NCBI GenBank assembly: GCA_029202845.1
Contig: CP119315.1
Coordinates: 2,005,759-2,069,758, forward strand
DNA length: 64,000 bases
Direction: 5' to 3'
Source: Candidatus Sphingomonas colombiensis
GTDB taxonomy: Bacteria > Pseudomonadota > Alphaproteobacteria > Sphingomonadales > Sphingomonadaceae
Shown here: positions 25,636-35,754 of the stretch, one piece after another
Layout: each line of letters begins with the position of its first letter
Position numbering within the stretch: the stretch's first letter is position 1
The notes under the pieces: model-generated
What the model saw: only the letters and a program-made list of their open reading frames with translations
What the model was told of the DNA's origin: nothing
Databases searched by the model: none
Translations under genes and position numbers: made by a program

Positions 25636-26652
25636 GTGCGCATCGCGATCGTCACGGACGCCTGGGCGCCTCAGGTCAATGGCGTTGTCCGCTCGCTTGA
25701 GGCGGTGATCGGCGAGTTGCGCGCGATGGGGCATCAGGTGCTGGTGATCGCGCCGGACACGTTCCGGTCGCTGCCATGCCCGACCTATCCCGAGATACGG
25801 CTGGCGCTGGCCGGGGTGCGCGCGGTGGGCGATCGGATCGCGGCGTTCGCGGCTGAGGCGGTGCATATCGCCACCGAAGGGCCGCTGGGCGTCGCCGCGC
25901 GGCGCTGGTGCGTGGCGCGCGGGCGGCCGTTCACCACAGCCTATCACACGCAATTCCCGGACTATATCGCGGCGCGCACCGGGGTGAACCCGGAATTCGT
26001 GTGGCGCTATATCCGCTGGTTTCATGCCCCGGCGCAGGGCATCCTCGCCTCCACCCCGACGATCGAGGCGACGTTGGCGGCGCATGGCCTGCCTCACGCC
26101 CGCCGCTGGGGGCGGGGCGTGTCGGCGGAGTTCAGCGCGACCGGCCCGCTCGACGCGATGATCGCGAAGTTGCCAAAGCCGATCATGCTCTATGTCGGGC
26201 GGGTCGCGGTGGAAAAGAATGTCGCCGCCTTTCTTTCGACCGACCATCCCGGCAGCAAAATCGTGGTGGGCGACGGCCCGGCGCGCGCGGCACTGGAAGC
26301 ACGTTTCCCGCAGGCGCATTTTCTCGGCAGCCGGTTCGGCGAGGCGCTGGCGGCGCTCTATCGCACAGCGGACGTGCTGGTCTTCCCCAGCCGCACCGAT
26401 ACGTTCGGGCTGGTGATGATCGAGGCGCTGGCATGTGGCACCCCCGTCGCGGCTTATCCCGTTACCGGGCCGATCGACGTGCTGACGCACGAGAGCGGGG
26501 CGATGGACGAGGATCTCGCGGCGGCGATCGATCGGGCGCTGGCGCTCGATCCCCGGCGCTGCGCGGAATTGGGCGCGCATTTCACCTGGCGGGCCAGCGC
26601 GACGCAGTTTCTTGCCGCGCTGGCGCCTGTTCCGATCGCACGCGCGGCCTGA
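25636..26652 (+). CDS. GT4 (group 1) glycosyltransferase, Agt-like glycolipid synthase candidate
   Basis: TDAWAPQVNGVVR, HIATEGPLG, YVGRVAVEKN, DTFGLVMIEALACG. Confidence 0.88.
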   Translation: MRIAIVTDAWAPQVNGVVRSLEAVIGELRAMGHQVLVIAPDTFRSLPCPTYPEIRLALAGVRAVGDRIAAFAAEAVHIATEGPLGVAARRWCVARGRPFTTAYHTQFPDYIAARTGVNPEFVWRYIRWFHAPAQGILASTPTIEATLAAHGLPHARRWGRGVSAEFSATGPLDAMIAKLPKPIMLYVGRVAVEKNVAAFLSTDHPGSKIVVGDGPARAALEARFPQAHFLGSRFGEALAALYRTADVLVFPSRTDTFGLVMIEALACGTPVAAYPVTGPIDVLTHESGAMDEDLAAAIDRALALDPRRCAELGAHFTWRASATQFLAALAPVPIARAA

Positions 26653-26749
26653 TGGCTTGCTCTCCCGCCTCCAGCGCACTAAGTCGGCAAAAGTGACGCG
26701 GCCGCTCCGGTAAGGGGCGGCCCTATTTGTTTCCGATGGAGTTTTCGTC

Positions 26750-27424
26750 GTGGCCCAGCCGCTCATGCCCCATGCGACCGCTTCATGGCTGGTCGATAAT
26801 ACTGCGCTCAGCTTCGAGCAGATCGCCGATTTCTGCGGCCTCCACATCCTTGAGGTGCAGGCGATCGCGGACGATACCGCCGCTACCAAGCTGACCGGCC
26901 GCGATCCGGTGCGTGCGCACGAACTGACGATGGAGCAGATCGAAAAGGGGCAGGCAAACCCCGATTATCGCCTTCAGATGACCAAGGGTCCGGAGCAGGT
27001 CCGCCGCACCAAGGGGCCGCGCTACACGCCGGTTTCGAAGCGGCAGGACAAGCCGGACGGCATCGCCTGGATCATCCGCAATCACCCCGAGATCACCGAC
27101 GGCACCATCTCCACGCTGATCGGCACGACGCGCACCACGATCGCCGCGATCCGCGAGCGCTCGCACTGGAACATCGCCAATATCGTGCCGAAGGATCCGG
27201 TGACGCTCGGCCTCACCACGCAGCGCGAGCTTGACGCTGCCGTGTCCAAAGCGGCGAAGGCATCGGGCGTCGAACAGGCCCCGACCGACCACCGGCTCGA
27301 AGGCGATCGCGAAGCGCTGATCGAACAGCTTCGCGCCGAGCGCCTTCAGGCGGCGCGCGATGCCGAGTCCGCCGGTGATGAGGCCGCTGGCGGTGGTGGC
27401 TTCGAGGATCCGTTTCGCCGCTGA
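26750..27424 (+). CDS. DUF1013 domain protein
   Basis: PLMPHATASWLVDNTALSFEQIADFCGLH; RYTPVSKRQDKPD; DPVTLGL. Confidence 0.85.
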   Translation: MAQPLMPHATASWLVDNTALSFEQIADFCGLHILEVQAIADDTAATKLTGRDPVRAHELTMEQIEKGQANPDYRLQMTKGPEQVRRTKGPRYTPVSKRQDKPDGIAWIIRNHPEITDGTISTLIGTTRTTIAAIRERSHWNIANIVPKDPVTLGLTTQRELDAAVSKAAKASGVEQAPTDHRLEGDREALIEQLRAERLQAARDAESAGDEAAGGGGFEDPFRR

Positions 27425-27485
27425 TCTGGCCGTTTCGGTCGCATTGTGATAGCTCCCGCGCGGTTCGGCTGCGCGGGAGGCTGCG

Positions 27486-27890
27486 ATGCGCAAATTGATC
27501 GGTCTGGTGGTCGGCATCGTCGTTTCGATGGTGGCGATCACGCTGGTCGAGCTGCTCGGCCGCGCTCTATTTCCGCCGCCGCCCGGAATCGACATGAGCG
27601 ACGCCGCCTCTATCGCGCGTGCGGTGGCGGCGATTCCGCTCGGCACCAAGATGATGGTCGTCGTCGCATGGTTCACCGGCGCGGTAGCGGGCGGGTGGGC
27701 CGGGCTAGCCGTGTCGCGCTGGCGCATCGTGCCGTGGCTGGTGGCCGTGGGCATTCTGATCGGCGCGATCATCTCCTTCCAGCAAATCCCGCACCCGTTG
27801 TGGATGCAAATTGGCGGCGCGCTGCTCCCCTTCGTCGGCGCTCTGCTCGTGCTGCGGTTCGCCGCGCGAGAAGTTAAGCCGATCGCTTGA
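27486..27890 (+). CDS. Hypothetical membrane protein
   Basis: 134 aa with about four hydrophobic helices; co-oriented with neighbours. Confidence 0.7.
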   Translation: MRKLIGLVVGIVVSMVAITLVELLGRALFPPPPGIDMSDAASIARAVAAIPLGTKMMVVVAWFTGAVAGGWAGLAVSRWRIVPWLVAVGILIGAIISFQQIPHPLWMQIGGALLPFVGALLVLRFAAREVKPIA

Positions 27891-27893
27891 GTT

Positions 27894-29015
27894 ATGCACG
27901 CGGCGGTGGCACCGTCGTTCGCGATGGCAGCAAATATCCAGCGTACCCTGATCGGCGACGAGGGGCTTACCCCCACCAGCCACGCGGGTCTCACCTTTCC
28001 CTTTGGCGAGCGTGGGCCGCAGCCGGGCGAATTGCTCACGCTGGCGGAGGGCATCCGCTGGTGGCGCGTGCCGATGACCGGCCCGCTCAAGCACGTCAAC
28101 GGCCTGATCCTCGACGATGGCGATCACGCAGCGATGGCGATCGACACCGGCACCGCCTCGCCGCGATCGACCGAGGCATGGAACACGATCCTCGACGGCC
28201 CGCTCAACGGCTCGCGGATCAGCCGCATCCTTGGCACCCATCTGCACCCCGATCATATCGGGCTCGCCGGCTGGCTCTCGCGTCGGTTCGACGACGCGCC
28301 CGTTGTAATGACGCGCACCGAATGGCTGATGGCGCGAATGCTGGCAGCGGACGGCCGGCCGGAAGTGCCGCGCGAGCAGCTCGATCACTGGCGTGGTGCA
28401 GGGTGGGACGAGGAGCAGATCGCGCGCGGCATGAGCTCCGGCTGGTCGAATTTCGCCAAGATGATCTCGCGCTTGCCGCTGACCTACACGCGCATCCGTG
28501 ATGGCGAGGTGCTGCGCATCGGCGGGGCGGATTGGAGCGTCGTCACCGGCAATGGGCACAGCCCCGAACATGCCTGTCTCGTCGATTACGATCGCCGCAT
28601 CCTGATCTCGGGCGATCAGGTGCTGCCCAAGATCAGTTCCAACGTCTCGCTGCATGTCAGCCAGAGCAATGAAGACCCGCTGGGCGACTGGCTCGATTCG
28701 ATCGCCAAGTTCCGCCAATTGCCCGAGGACCTGCTCGTGCTGCCGGGGCATGGCGATCCGTTCTACGGCCTCCACGCCCGGCTGGACGCGCTGGACCATG
28801 AGCATCGCGACCGCCTCGATGCGCTGGTCGACCGGATGGCGGCCGGGCCGATCCGTGCGGTCGATTGCTTTACCACCTTGTTCCGTCGCCCGATCGGGCC
28901 CGAGGTGGTCGGCATGGCGACCGGCGAGGCGCTGGCCCACCTGCGTCGGCTGGAAGTAGAGGGGCGGGCGGTTCGGGAGGTGCGCGACGGCATATGGTGG
29001 TACGCCCGCGCCTGA
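27894..29015 (+). CDS. MBL-fold metallo-hydrolase
   Basis: THLHPDHIGL, GHSPEH, GDQVLP, PGHG. Confidence 0.9.
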   Translation: MHAAVAPSFAMAANIQRTLIGDEGLTPTSHAGLTFPFGERGPQPGELLTLAEGIRWWRVPMTGPLKHVNGLILDDGDHAAMAIDTGTASPRSTEAWNTILDGPLNGSRISRILGTHLHPDHIGLAGWLSRRFDDAPVVMTRTEWLMARMLAADGRPEVPREQLDHWRGAGWDEEQIARGMSSGWSNFAKMISRLPLTYTRIRDGEVLRIGGADWSVVTGNGHSPEHACLVDYDRRILISGDQVLPKISSNVSLHVSQSNEDPLGDWLDSIAKFRQLPEDLLVLPGHGDPFYGLHARLDALDHEHRDRLDALVDRMAAGPIRAVDCFTTLFRRPIGPEVVGMATGEALAHLRRLEVEGRAVREVRDGIWWYARA

Positions 29016-29084
29016 CGCGCGGCTTTCACTTCGCCCCCGCGTGGCTATGATCCGCCGATCGCCGGGGGGCGAATCGGAGGCTGC

Positions 29085-29966
29085 ATGACCGATCCCACGC
29101 TACGCGACCGCGCCGTGCGGCTGTATGACGCTTTCACCCATGAACATCGTGACCGGCGGACGCTGCTGCGCGAGATGACCGCGCTGGCCGGCTCCGCCGT
29201 TGTCGCGGAGGCGCTGATCGCGGCGATCGGCGCATCGCCCGCGGCCGCTTCGATCACCCCGCCGGATGATGCGCGGCTGTTGACGCGCACGGTCAACTCG
29301 ACCGTCGCGGGAAAGCCGTCGACCGCCTATCTCGCCCGGCCCAAGGCCGGCGGGCGCAAGCTCGGCACGGTGATGGTGATCCACGAGAATCGCGGGCTCA
29401 ACGATCATATCCGCGATGTCGCCCGCCGCGTCGCGCTCGCCGGGTTCCGCGCGGTGGCGCCCGATTTCCTCGCGCCATGGGGCGGCACGCCAGCCGATGA
29501 GGACAAGGCGCGCGATATGATCGGCAAGGTCGATTATGACGTGATCATCGCACAGGGCCTCGCGATCCTCGCGGCGGCGAAGAGCGGGCCGGAGACGAGC
29601 GGGAAGGGCGGCATGGTCGGTTTCTGCTGGGGCGGCGCGCTGGTTGACCGGCTGGCGGTTTCCGGTGGCGGTGCGATCGATGCGGCGGTCGCCTATTACG
29701 GCCCCGCGCCATCGCCCGACCAGGCGGCGAAGGTGCAGGCGCCGATGATGCTTCATTATGCCGGCAAGGATAGTCGCGTCGCGCAAACCGGGGAGCCATG
29801 GGTGGCCGCGCTGAAGGCGGCCGGGAAATCGGTGGAGGCGTTTACCTATCCGGGGGTCGATCATGCCTTCAACAACGACACTTCCGCCGAGCGATACGAC
29901 AAGGCAGCGGCGGAACTGGCATGGGGACGGACGATCGCGTTCTTCCACAAATTCCTTGACGGCTGA
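29085..29966 (+). CDS. Dienelactone hydrolase family protein (Tat-like leader)
   Basis: HENRGLN, GFCWGG nucleophile, HAFNND; DRRTLL leader. Confidence 0.9.
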   Translation: MTDPTLRDRAVRLYDAFTHEHRDRRTLLREMTALAGSAVVAEALIAAIGASPAAASITPPDDARLLTRTVNSTVAGKPSTAYLARPKAGGRKLGTVMVIHENRGLNDHIRDVARRVALAGFRAVAPDFLAPWGGTPADEDKARDMIGKVDYDVIIAQGLAILAAAKSGPETSGKGGMVGFCWGGALVDRLAVSGGGAIDAAVAYYGPAPSPDQAAKVQAPMMLHYAGKDSRVAQTGEPWVAALKAAGKSVEAFTYPGVDHAFNNDTSAERYDKAAAELAWGRTIAFFHKFLDG

Positions 29967-30013
29967 CCGTTGAAATGTTCCTTCTTTGTTCTGATGAGAA
30001 TCGATAGGAGGCG

Positions 30014-30643
30014 ATGGTGAGCGATCTGATCTTCTATACCAATCCGATGTCGCGCGGGCGGATCGCGCGCTGGATGCTCGAAGAGGTTGGTGCGCCGTAT
30101 GAAACGGTGTTGCTCGGTTATGGCGATACGATGAAGGCGCCTGAATATCTCGCGATCAATCCGATGGGGAAGGTGCCGGCGATCGTCCACAAGGGACGCG
30201 TCGTGACTGAAGGCGCGGCGATCATCGCCTATCTCGCGGAAGCCTTTCCGCAGGCCGGGCTCGCGCCTACTGCAGACGAGCGCGCCGATTATTATCGCTG
30301 GATGTTCTTCGCCGCAGGCCCGGTCGAGGCGGCGACGACCAACCGCTCGCTCGGTGTCGAGCCCGATGCACGTCAGCAGACCATGGCGGGCTACGGGTCG
30401 CTCGATCGCGTCGTTGAGGTGTTGGAGAAGGCGGTGCGCGCGCATCCCTATATCGCCGGCGATCGCTTCACGGCGGCGGACGTTTATGTCGGCAGCCATA
30501 TCGGCTGGGGCATGCAGTTCGGCTCCTTGCCCAAAAACGATGTGTTCGAAAATTATGTCGGGCGAATCATGGCGCGGGAAGCCGCGGTGCGCGCGCGCGC
30601 GATCGACGATGCGCTGATACCCAAGGAAACGCCGGGCGCCTGA
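30014..30643 (+). CDS. Glutathione S-transferase family protein
   Basis: NPMSRG, NPMGKVP, EGAAI, FTAADVY. Confidence 0.92.
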   Translation: MVSDLIFYTNPMSRGRIARWMLEEVGAPYETVLLGYGDTMKAPEYLAINPMGKVPAIVHKGRVVTEGAAIIAYLAEAFPQAGLAPTADERADYYRWMFFAAGPVEAATTNRSLGVEPDARQQTMAGYGSLDRVVEVLEKAVRAHPYIAGDRFTAADVYVGSHIGWGMQFGSLPKNDVFENYVGRIMAREAAVRARAIDDALIPKETPGA

Positions 30644-30809
30644 GCAGGAAGGGGCCGATTTCCGCCGTGCGCGATGTGATGATCGTGGCGGCGGGGCTGT
30701 CCGAACCGGCGGGTCATCGTGATCTGGTGGCCTTGCCGTTGCTGCTTGGCGATGACATTCTTCGCTTGGCCGGATATGGGCGGCTCGAATCAGTCAGAAG
30801 AGACAGGTC

Positions 30810-31934
30810 ATTCGCCAGATCGCCGCGCTTCCCTATCGTATCGACGGATCGTCGCGCGACAGCGAAATCCAGGTTCTGCTCGTAACCTCGCGGGGGACGG
30901 GGCGTTGGGTCGTGCCCAAGGGCAATATCGGCCCCGGCGCCACGCCGCATTCTGCCGCCGAGCAGGAAGCGGAGGAGGAAGCCGGCGTGTGCGGTGCGCT
31001 GTGCCCGGTCCCGCTCGGCACCTATCGCTATCGCAAGCGGCGCAGCAGCGGCGCGTCGCTGATGGCGGATGTCGTGCTGTTCCCGCTGGCGGTGACCACC
31101 GAGCTACCGACGTGGAAGGAGCAGGCGGAGCGCGAGCGCCGCTGGTTCTCACTCGCCGACGCGGCGCATGCCGTCGACGAACCCGATTTGCGCGAACTGA
31201 TCCGATCCTTCGCTCCCTCGCAATTCGAGGTGGCGGTGCGCCGACAATCACTGCTGACCAGCCAACAACCAATTTCCGGAGTCCGCTCAATGTTCGCCTG
31301 GTTCCAGCGATTGCTGCCCAAGACCGGCAATTTCTTCGAGTTGTTCGAAGCCCATGCCGCGACCGTCCTGGCCGGGGCGGAAGCGACCGCGCGGCTGCTG
31401 CAGGGCGGCCCCTCGGCGCGCGAGCATATCCGCGAGATCATCGAGCGCGAGCATGACGCTGATCAGATCACGCGTGACGTGCTGACCACGGTGCGCGTCA
31501 CCTTCCTCACCCCGTTCGATCGCGGCGCGATCACCGCGCTGATCGGCGCGATGGACGACACGATTGATGAGATGCAGGCGGCCGCGAATGCGATCGATCT
31601 GTATCAGGTGACAGAGTTCGCACCGGAAATGCGCGACATGGCGGGCATCGTGCTAGATGCGGCCCGCGTTGCGGCGGAGGCGATGCCACTGCTGCGCGAC
31701 GTTTCCCGCAACGGACCGCGCCTGCATGAACTGACCGAGCGGCTGGTGCGGATCGAGGGGCATGCCGATGAGGTCCATGCAGCCGGGCTCAAGCGCTCGC
31801 TGGAAAATTACGGGACGCAGGATACGCTGCGGTTCGTCGTCGAGCGTGAACTCTACAAGCATCTGGAGAGGATCGTCGACGCTTTCGAGGATGTCGCCGA
31901 CGAGATCGACGGCATCGTCATCGATCACGCCTGA
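30810..31934 (+). CDS. NUDIX hydrolase - DUF47 (phosphate transport regulator) fusion; start codon uncertain
   Basis: The frame is open from 30756: IRQIAALPYR...LLVTSRGTGRWVVPKG...EAEEEAGV (NUDIX), then FQRLLPKTGNFFELF...EHDAD...TPFDR...EGHAD (DUF47). Confidence 0.8.
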   Translation: MRQIAALPYRIDGSSRDSEIQVLLVTSRGTGRWVVPKGNIGPGATPHSAAEQEAEEEAGVCGALCPVPLGTYRYRKRRSSGASLMADVVLFPLAVTTELPTWKEQAERERRWFSLADAAHAVDEPDLRELIRSFAPSQFEVAVRRQSLLTSQQPISGVRSMFAWFQRLLPKTGNFFELFEAHAATVLAGAEATARLLQGGPSAREHIREIIEREHDADQITRDVLTTVRVTFLTPFDRGAITALIGAMDDTIDEMQAAANAIDLYQVTEFAPEMRDMAGIVLDAARVAAEAMPLLRDVSRNGPRLHELTERLVRIEGHADEVHAAGLKRSLENYGTQDTLRFVVERELYKHLERIVDAFEDVADEIDGIVIDHA

Positions 31935-31942
31935 TCTCGACG

Positions 31943-32956
31943 ATGCATTCGCTCGCCTTTCCGCTGCTCGTCGGGCTGATCTTCGTCGCGCTGGCGTTCG
32001 ATTATCTCAACGGCCTGCACGATGCCGCCAACTCGATCGCCACGGTGGTCGCGACGCGGCTGCTCTCGCCGGTGAGGGCGGTGGTGTTCGCCGCCTTCTT
32101 CAACTTCGCCGCATATTTTCTGACGATCGCTTTCCCCAGCCTGCATGCGGTGGCGGAGACGATCGGTAAGGGGCTGATCGACAAGAATATGGTCACCCCG
32201 GCCGTGATCTTCGGCGCGCTGGGCGGGGCGATGTCGTGGAATGTCATCACCTGGCTGCGCGGCATTCCGTCATCGAGCAGCCACGCGCTGGTCGGCGGGC
32301 TGATCGGCGCCGGCGTGACGCATGGCGGCATGACCGCGGTGAAATGGGTCGGGCTCAACAAGACGCTGCTCGCGATCGTACTGTCGCCGCTGCTGGGCAT
32401 GATGCTAGCGATGCTGGTGATGCTCGTCAGCAGCTGGGCGCTGCGTCGCGCGACCTCGGGTCATGCGGAGCGTTCGTTCCGCGTGATGCACCTGTTTTCG
32501 TCGGCGGCTTATTCACTGAGCCACGGCCTAAACGACGCGCAGAAGACGATGGGGATCATCACGGTCCTGCTTTATTCCACCGGCTATCTGACCGGGCCGT
32601 TCGAGGTGCCGCATTGGGTGGCGGTGAGCTGTTATATCGCGATCGCGCTCGGCACCGTGACGGGCGGGTGGAAGATCATCGAGACGATGGGCTCGCGGAT
32701 CACCAAGCTGTCGCAGCATCAAGGCTTTAGCGCGTCGTTCGCCGGGTCGATCGTGCTGTTCGGCGCCTCCGTGCTGGGCATTCCGGTGTCCACCACCCAC
32801 ACCATCACCGGCGCGATCGTCGGCGCGGGCACGGCGCGTCGGGCATCCTCGGTGCGCTGGGGCGTGGCGAGCAACGTGGTGGTGGCATGGATCATCACGA
32901 TCCCCGCATCGGCGGCGATCGGCGCGCTTTTCTATCTGATGACGCGTCTGTTCTGA
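31943..32956 (+). CDS. pit: Inorganic phosphate transporter (PiT family)
   Basis: NGLHDAANSIAT, GIPSSSSHAL, HGLNDAQK, PVSTTH. Confidence 0.94.
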   Translation: MHSLAFPLLVGLIFVALAFDYLNGLHDAANSIATVVATRLLSPVRAVVFAAFFNFAAYFLTIAFPSLHAVAETIGKGLIDKNMVTPAVIFGALGGAMSWNVITWLRGIPSSSSHALVGGLIGAGVTHGGMTAVKWVGLNKTLLAIVLSPLLGMMLAMLVMLVSSWALRRATSGHAERSFRVMHLFSSAAYSLSHGLNDAQKTMGIITVLLYSTGYLTGPFEVPHWVAVSCYIAIALGTVTGGWKIIETMGSRITKLSQHQGFSASFAGSIVLFGASVLGIPVSTTHTITGAIVGAGTARRASSVRWGVASNVVVAWIITIPASAAIGALFYLMTRLF

Positions 32957-33020
32957 TCCGCTTGCGCGGATCCGATATCGACGCGGGATTCGAACGGATC
33001 GGATCCCGCGTCCGACGATT

Positions 33021-35693
33021 TTAGAACATCTTGCGCAGTGACAGGCTGATCGTCCGGCCCATCGGATCGAGATAGCCCGGCTGATAGGCGAGCGGCGTCG
33101 CGCCGGTCGCGTCCGTCACGCGTTGACGGCTGTTTAAGATATTGCTCACGCCAAGCGACAGCCGCAAGCCGCGCGCCCAGCTTTCATGCGGCACGCGCTG
33201 CTGGATATTCGCAAACAGGCGAAGGTTGAATGTCGCGAGCGACGAGAAATGCAGATCGCCCACCGCCGGGGTGGCGGAGGTCCGCGTCGTCGCGGCGGCG
33301 CTCCAGTTTCCGCTCAGTCGCAGGCCGACGCCGTTATCGACAACCCCGGCGTTGAACGAGACCTGATGGCGCGGCTGGGTGATCGCGCCGATCGTGTCGC
33401 CGGCGAGGAGATCGAGCGGTTGCGAGCCATCGCGCAGCACCAGCGTGTCGCGGATCGCCCAGGTGTGCCAGATCGAAAGCTGGAGCCGCGCCTCGTTGCC
33501 ACCGCCGCCACGTCCGCCGCCGAAGCCACCGCGCCCGCCGCCGAATCCGCCACGCCCGCCGCCACCCGGGCCGCCGAATCCGCCACCCGGGCCGCCGTGG
33601 CCGCCAAAGCCGTCACCTCCCGCTCCGCCGGGACCGCCGAAGCCTTCCGGCGGCGGCCCCATGTCGTTGGGCGGGGGTGGCGAGTTATCAGCTCCACCAC
33701 CGCGCTGACCGTTGACCACCACGTCGCCCGGCGCGCCGCGCGCGCCCTGCACGCCCGTGGCCTCCAGTTGTTGCTGCTGCTGCTGCGGTGTCGCGCCATC
33801 CGCACCGGGCCGACCGGATTGACCGCCCTCGCGATTGCGGCGCGGCCATCCGCCCGGCGGCGGCGTGGGGCGCGTTGCGGCGCGCAGCACCTTCGAGAAG
33901 ACGACGCCCCAGCGAAGCTGTTCCTTTTCCTCGCGCGCGAAGTTCAGCGGCCGCGCGTCGATGCTCTCAAGCTCGCCATTTTCATCGCGGATGAAGCGAT
34001 CAGGAAAGGCGTTCTGGGCGAACAGGCTCGCGCCGGTCAGGCTGCCGATCGGATTGTTCACCCGGCTGTTGAGATAATTGGCGTTGATCGTCAGATCGAG
34101 CTTCGACACCGGCTTCACCGAGAAGCCGAGCTTGAACACATGCCGATCATCGGCCTTCAGATTGGGATTGCCGCCGGTGATCTGCGACACCTGCACCGTC
34201 TGGCCGGTTACATAGTCGAAGATGCGCACATTGGGCACGACGAGCAGCGGCGCCTCAAGCTGCTGCAACGTCGGCGCGACGCGATCCTCGTTGACCGAGG
34301 CGATCACGCTGATCCCGGTGCGCGGCGTCCAGTTCAGACCGTAGCCGAATGTGCCGAGCGTGCCGTAATCCGAAAGCTGGTTGAGTTCGCCGTTTACGTT
34401 GGCCGTCAGCGTGCCGATCGCGCTCAGGAAGCCGGTTTTGGTGCTGGTCAGCGGAATGTCGAAGCTGAGCTGCGCATTGCCCGTGGAGCGCGTGACCGCG
34501 CTCGACAGGGTGGAGGCGCCCAGCCGATCAGTCGTGGAGGTCAACTGGCTGGCGTTCCCGCCGATCTGGAACGATGTGCGCACTTTGCCGCCGGGCAGCG
34601 CGAATAACGGGCCGGACACCAGCAACGACGCGCCGGCGGTGTTGCCGATCGCAATCGCATGCTGATCGCGGATGCTGGCGCTCTGGAAGCGATCGGTGTC
34701 GCTGCGCGCGTCGCTGTGATCGTAGGTGCCGGTGAAGGAGAGCTTCCAGTTCGTCGACAGATCGTAGTTCAGCGTCAGGCCGCTATGCGCGGTGAACGTA
34801 TTGCTATCCTGCCGCAGCGCCGCAATCTCATCCGGGTCGAGCGCGGCGGAGAGGGGCGCGCCGCCGACGAGCCCACGGCTGGTCTGATAGCCTGCGGTGC
34901 CGTTCAGCGACGCGGTGAGCTTCGGCGAGATCTGATAGGCATAGGTGCCGTTGAGCGAATAGTTGCGCGTCGATGGCTGGAGCGTGCGGAAATCGGTGTC
35001 GCTCGCGAATGGGTTGGCGGGATCGCTCGCGGCCGGATCGGCGATGATGCCGCGCTGGCTTTCGAGCAGCGCCGCGCTCGTCTTGGCGCGGGCCACGACG
35101 TTCAGCCGCTGATTGTCGTGAATTTTGGTGAGGCCGAACTCGCCATTGACGTTGCCGCCGCCGCCTTCGGTCGCCGCACCCGCGCCCGCGCTGACGACGC
35201 GCGCGTGGAAACGGCGGCGCAGGATGATGTTCACCACCTTCTGCGTGGCGCTATAACCGTATTTCAGCGCGACTTCCTCCGGCAGGATATCGAGCCGCGC
35301 GATCGCCTCGGTCGGCAGGTCGCCCACTTCGTTGATGCCGGAAATGCGCTTGCCGTTGACCAGCACGACCGGGCCGCTGCTGCCGCGCCCCTGAATGCTC
35401 GAGGTCTGGTCCGAAATCTGATCGAGCAGATCGCTGACCGAATCCACGCCGTAAGCCGCGATATCGGCCGGCGTCAGCTGGTTTTCCGGGGGGATGTTGC
35501 CGATCACCGCGCCGGGCAGCGCCTGCCCCGTGACGACCACGTCTTCCTGTTCCGTCACATCCGTTTCGGCCGGGGCGTGTGCAGCTTCCTTTGCCTCCTG
35601 CGCGCTGGCGGGGGAGGTTGATGCGAGTGCAGCGAGCACAAGCGCGAGCGCAGAATGAAGCGTGCGGCGTGAGGCGGAAGATGAAGTGAACAT
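33021..35693 (-). CDS. TonB-dependent outer-membrane receptor with Gly/Pro-rich insertion
   Basis: Signal peptide, DVVVTG TonB-box region, plug VVLVNG, C-terminal GRTISLSLRKMF. Confidence 0.85.
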   Translation of the reverse strand: MFTSSSASRRTLHSALALVLAALASTSPASAQEAKEAAHAPAETDVTEQEDVVVTGQALPGAVIGNIPPENQLTPADIAAYGVDSVSDLLDQISDQTSSIQGRGSSGPVVLVNGKRISGINEVGDLPTEAIARLDILPEEVALKYGYSATQKVVNIILRRRFHARVVSAGAGAATEGGGGNVNGEFGLTKIHDNQRLNVVARAKTSAALLESQRGIIADPAASDPANPFASDTDFRTLQPSTRNYSLNGTYAYQISPKLTASLNGTAGYQTSRGLVGGAPLSAALDPDEIAALRQDSNTFTAHSGLTLNYDLSTNWKLSFTGTYDHSDARSDTDRFQSASIRDQHAIAIGNTAGASLLVSGPLFALPGGKVRTSFQIGGNASQLTSTTDRLGASTLSSAVTRSTGNAQLSFDIPLTSTKTGFLSAIGTLTANVNGELNQLSDYGTLGTFGYGLNWTPRTGISVIASVNEDRVAPTLQQLEAPLLVVPNVRIFDYVTGQTVQVSQITGGNPNLKADDRHVFKLGFSVKPVSKLDLTINANYLNSRVNNPIGSLTGASLFAQNAFPDRFIRDENGELESIDARPLNFAREEKEQLRWGVVFSKVLRAATRPTPPPGGWPRRNREGGQSGRPGADGATPQQQQQQLEATGVQGARGAPGDVVVNGQRGGGADNSPPPPNDMGPPPEGFGGPGGAGGDGFGGHGGPGGGFGGPGGGGRGGFGGGRGGFGGGRGGGGNEARLQLSIWHTWAIRDTLVLRDGSQPLDLLAGDTIGAITQPRHQVSFNAGVVDNGVGLRLSGNWSAAATTRTSATPAVGDLHFSSLATFNLRLFANIQQRVPHESWARGLRLSLGVSNILNSRQRVTDATGATPLAYQPGYLDPMGRTISLSLRKMF

Positions 35694-35754
35694 GATTTCC
35701 CGGTGATGACGCAACGAAGATGAACGGATGCTTGGCGCGGGCGTGTCGCGCAAC

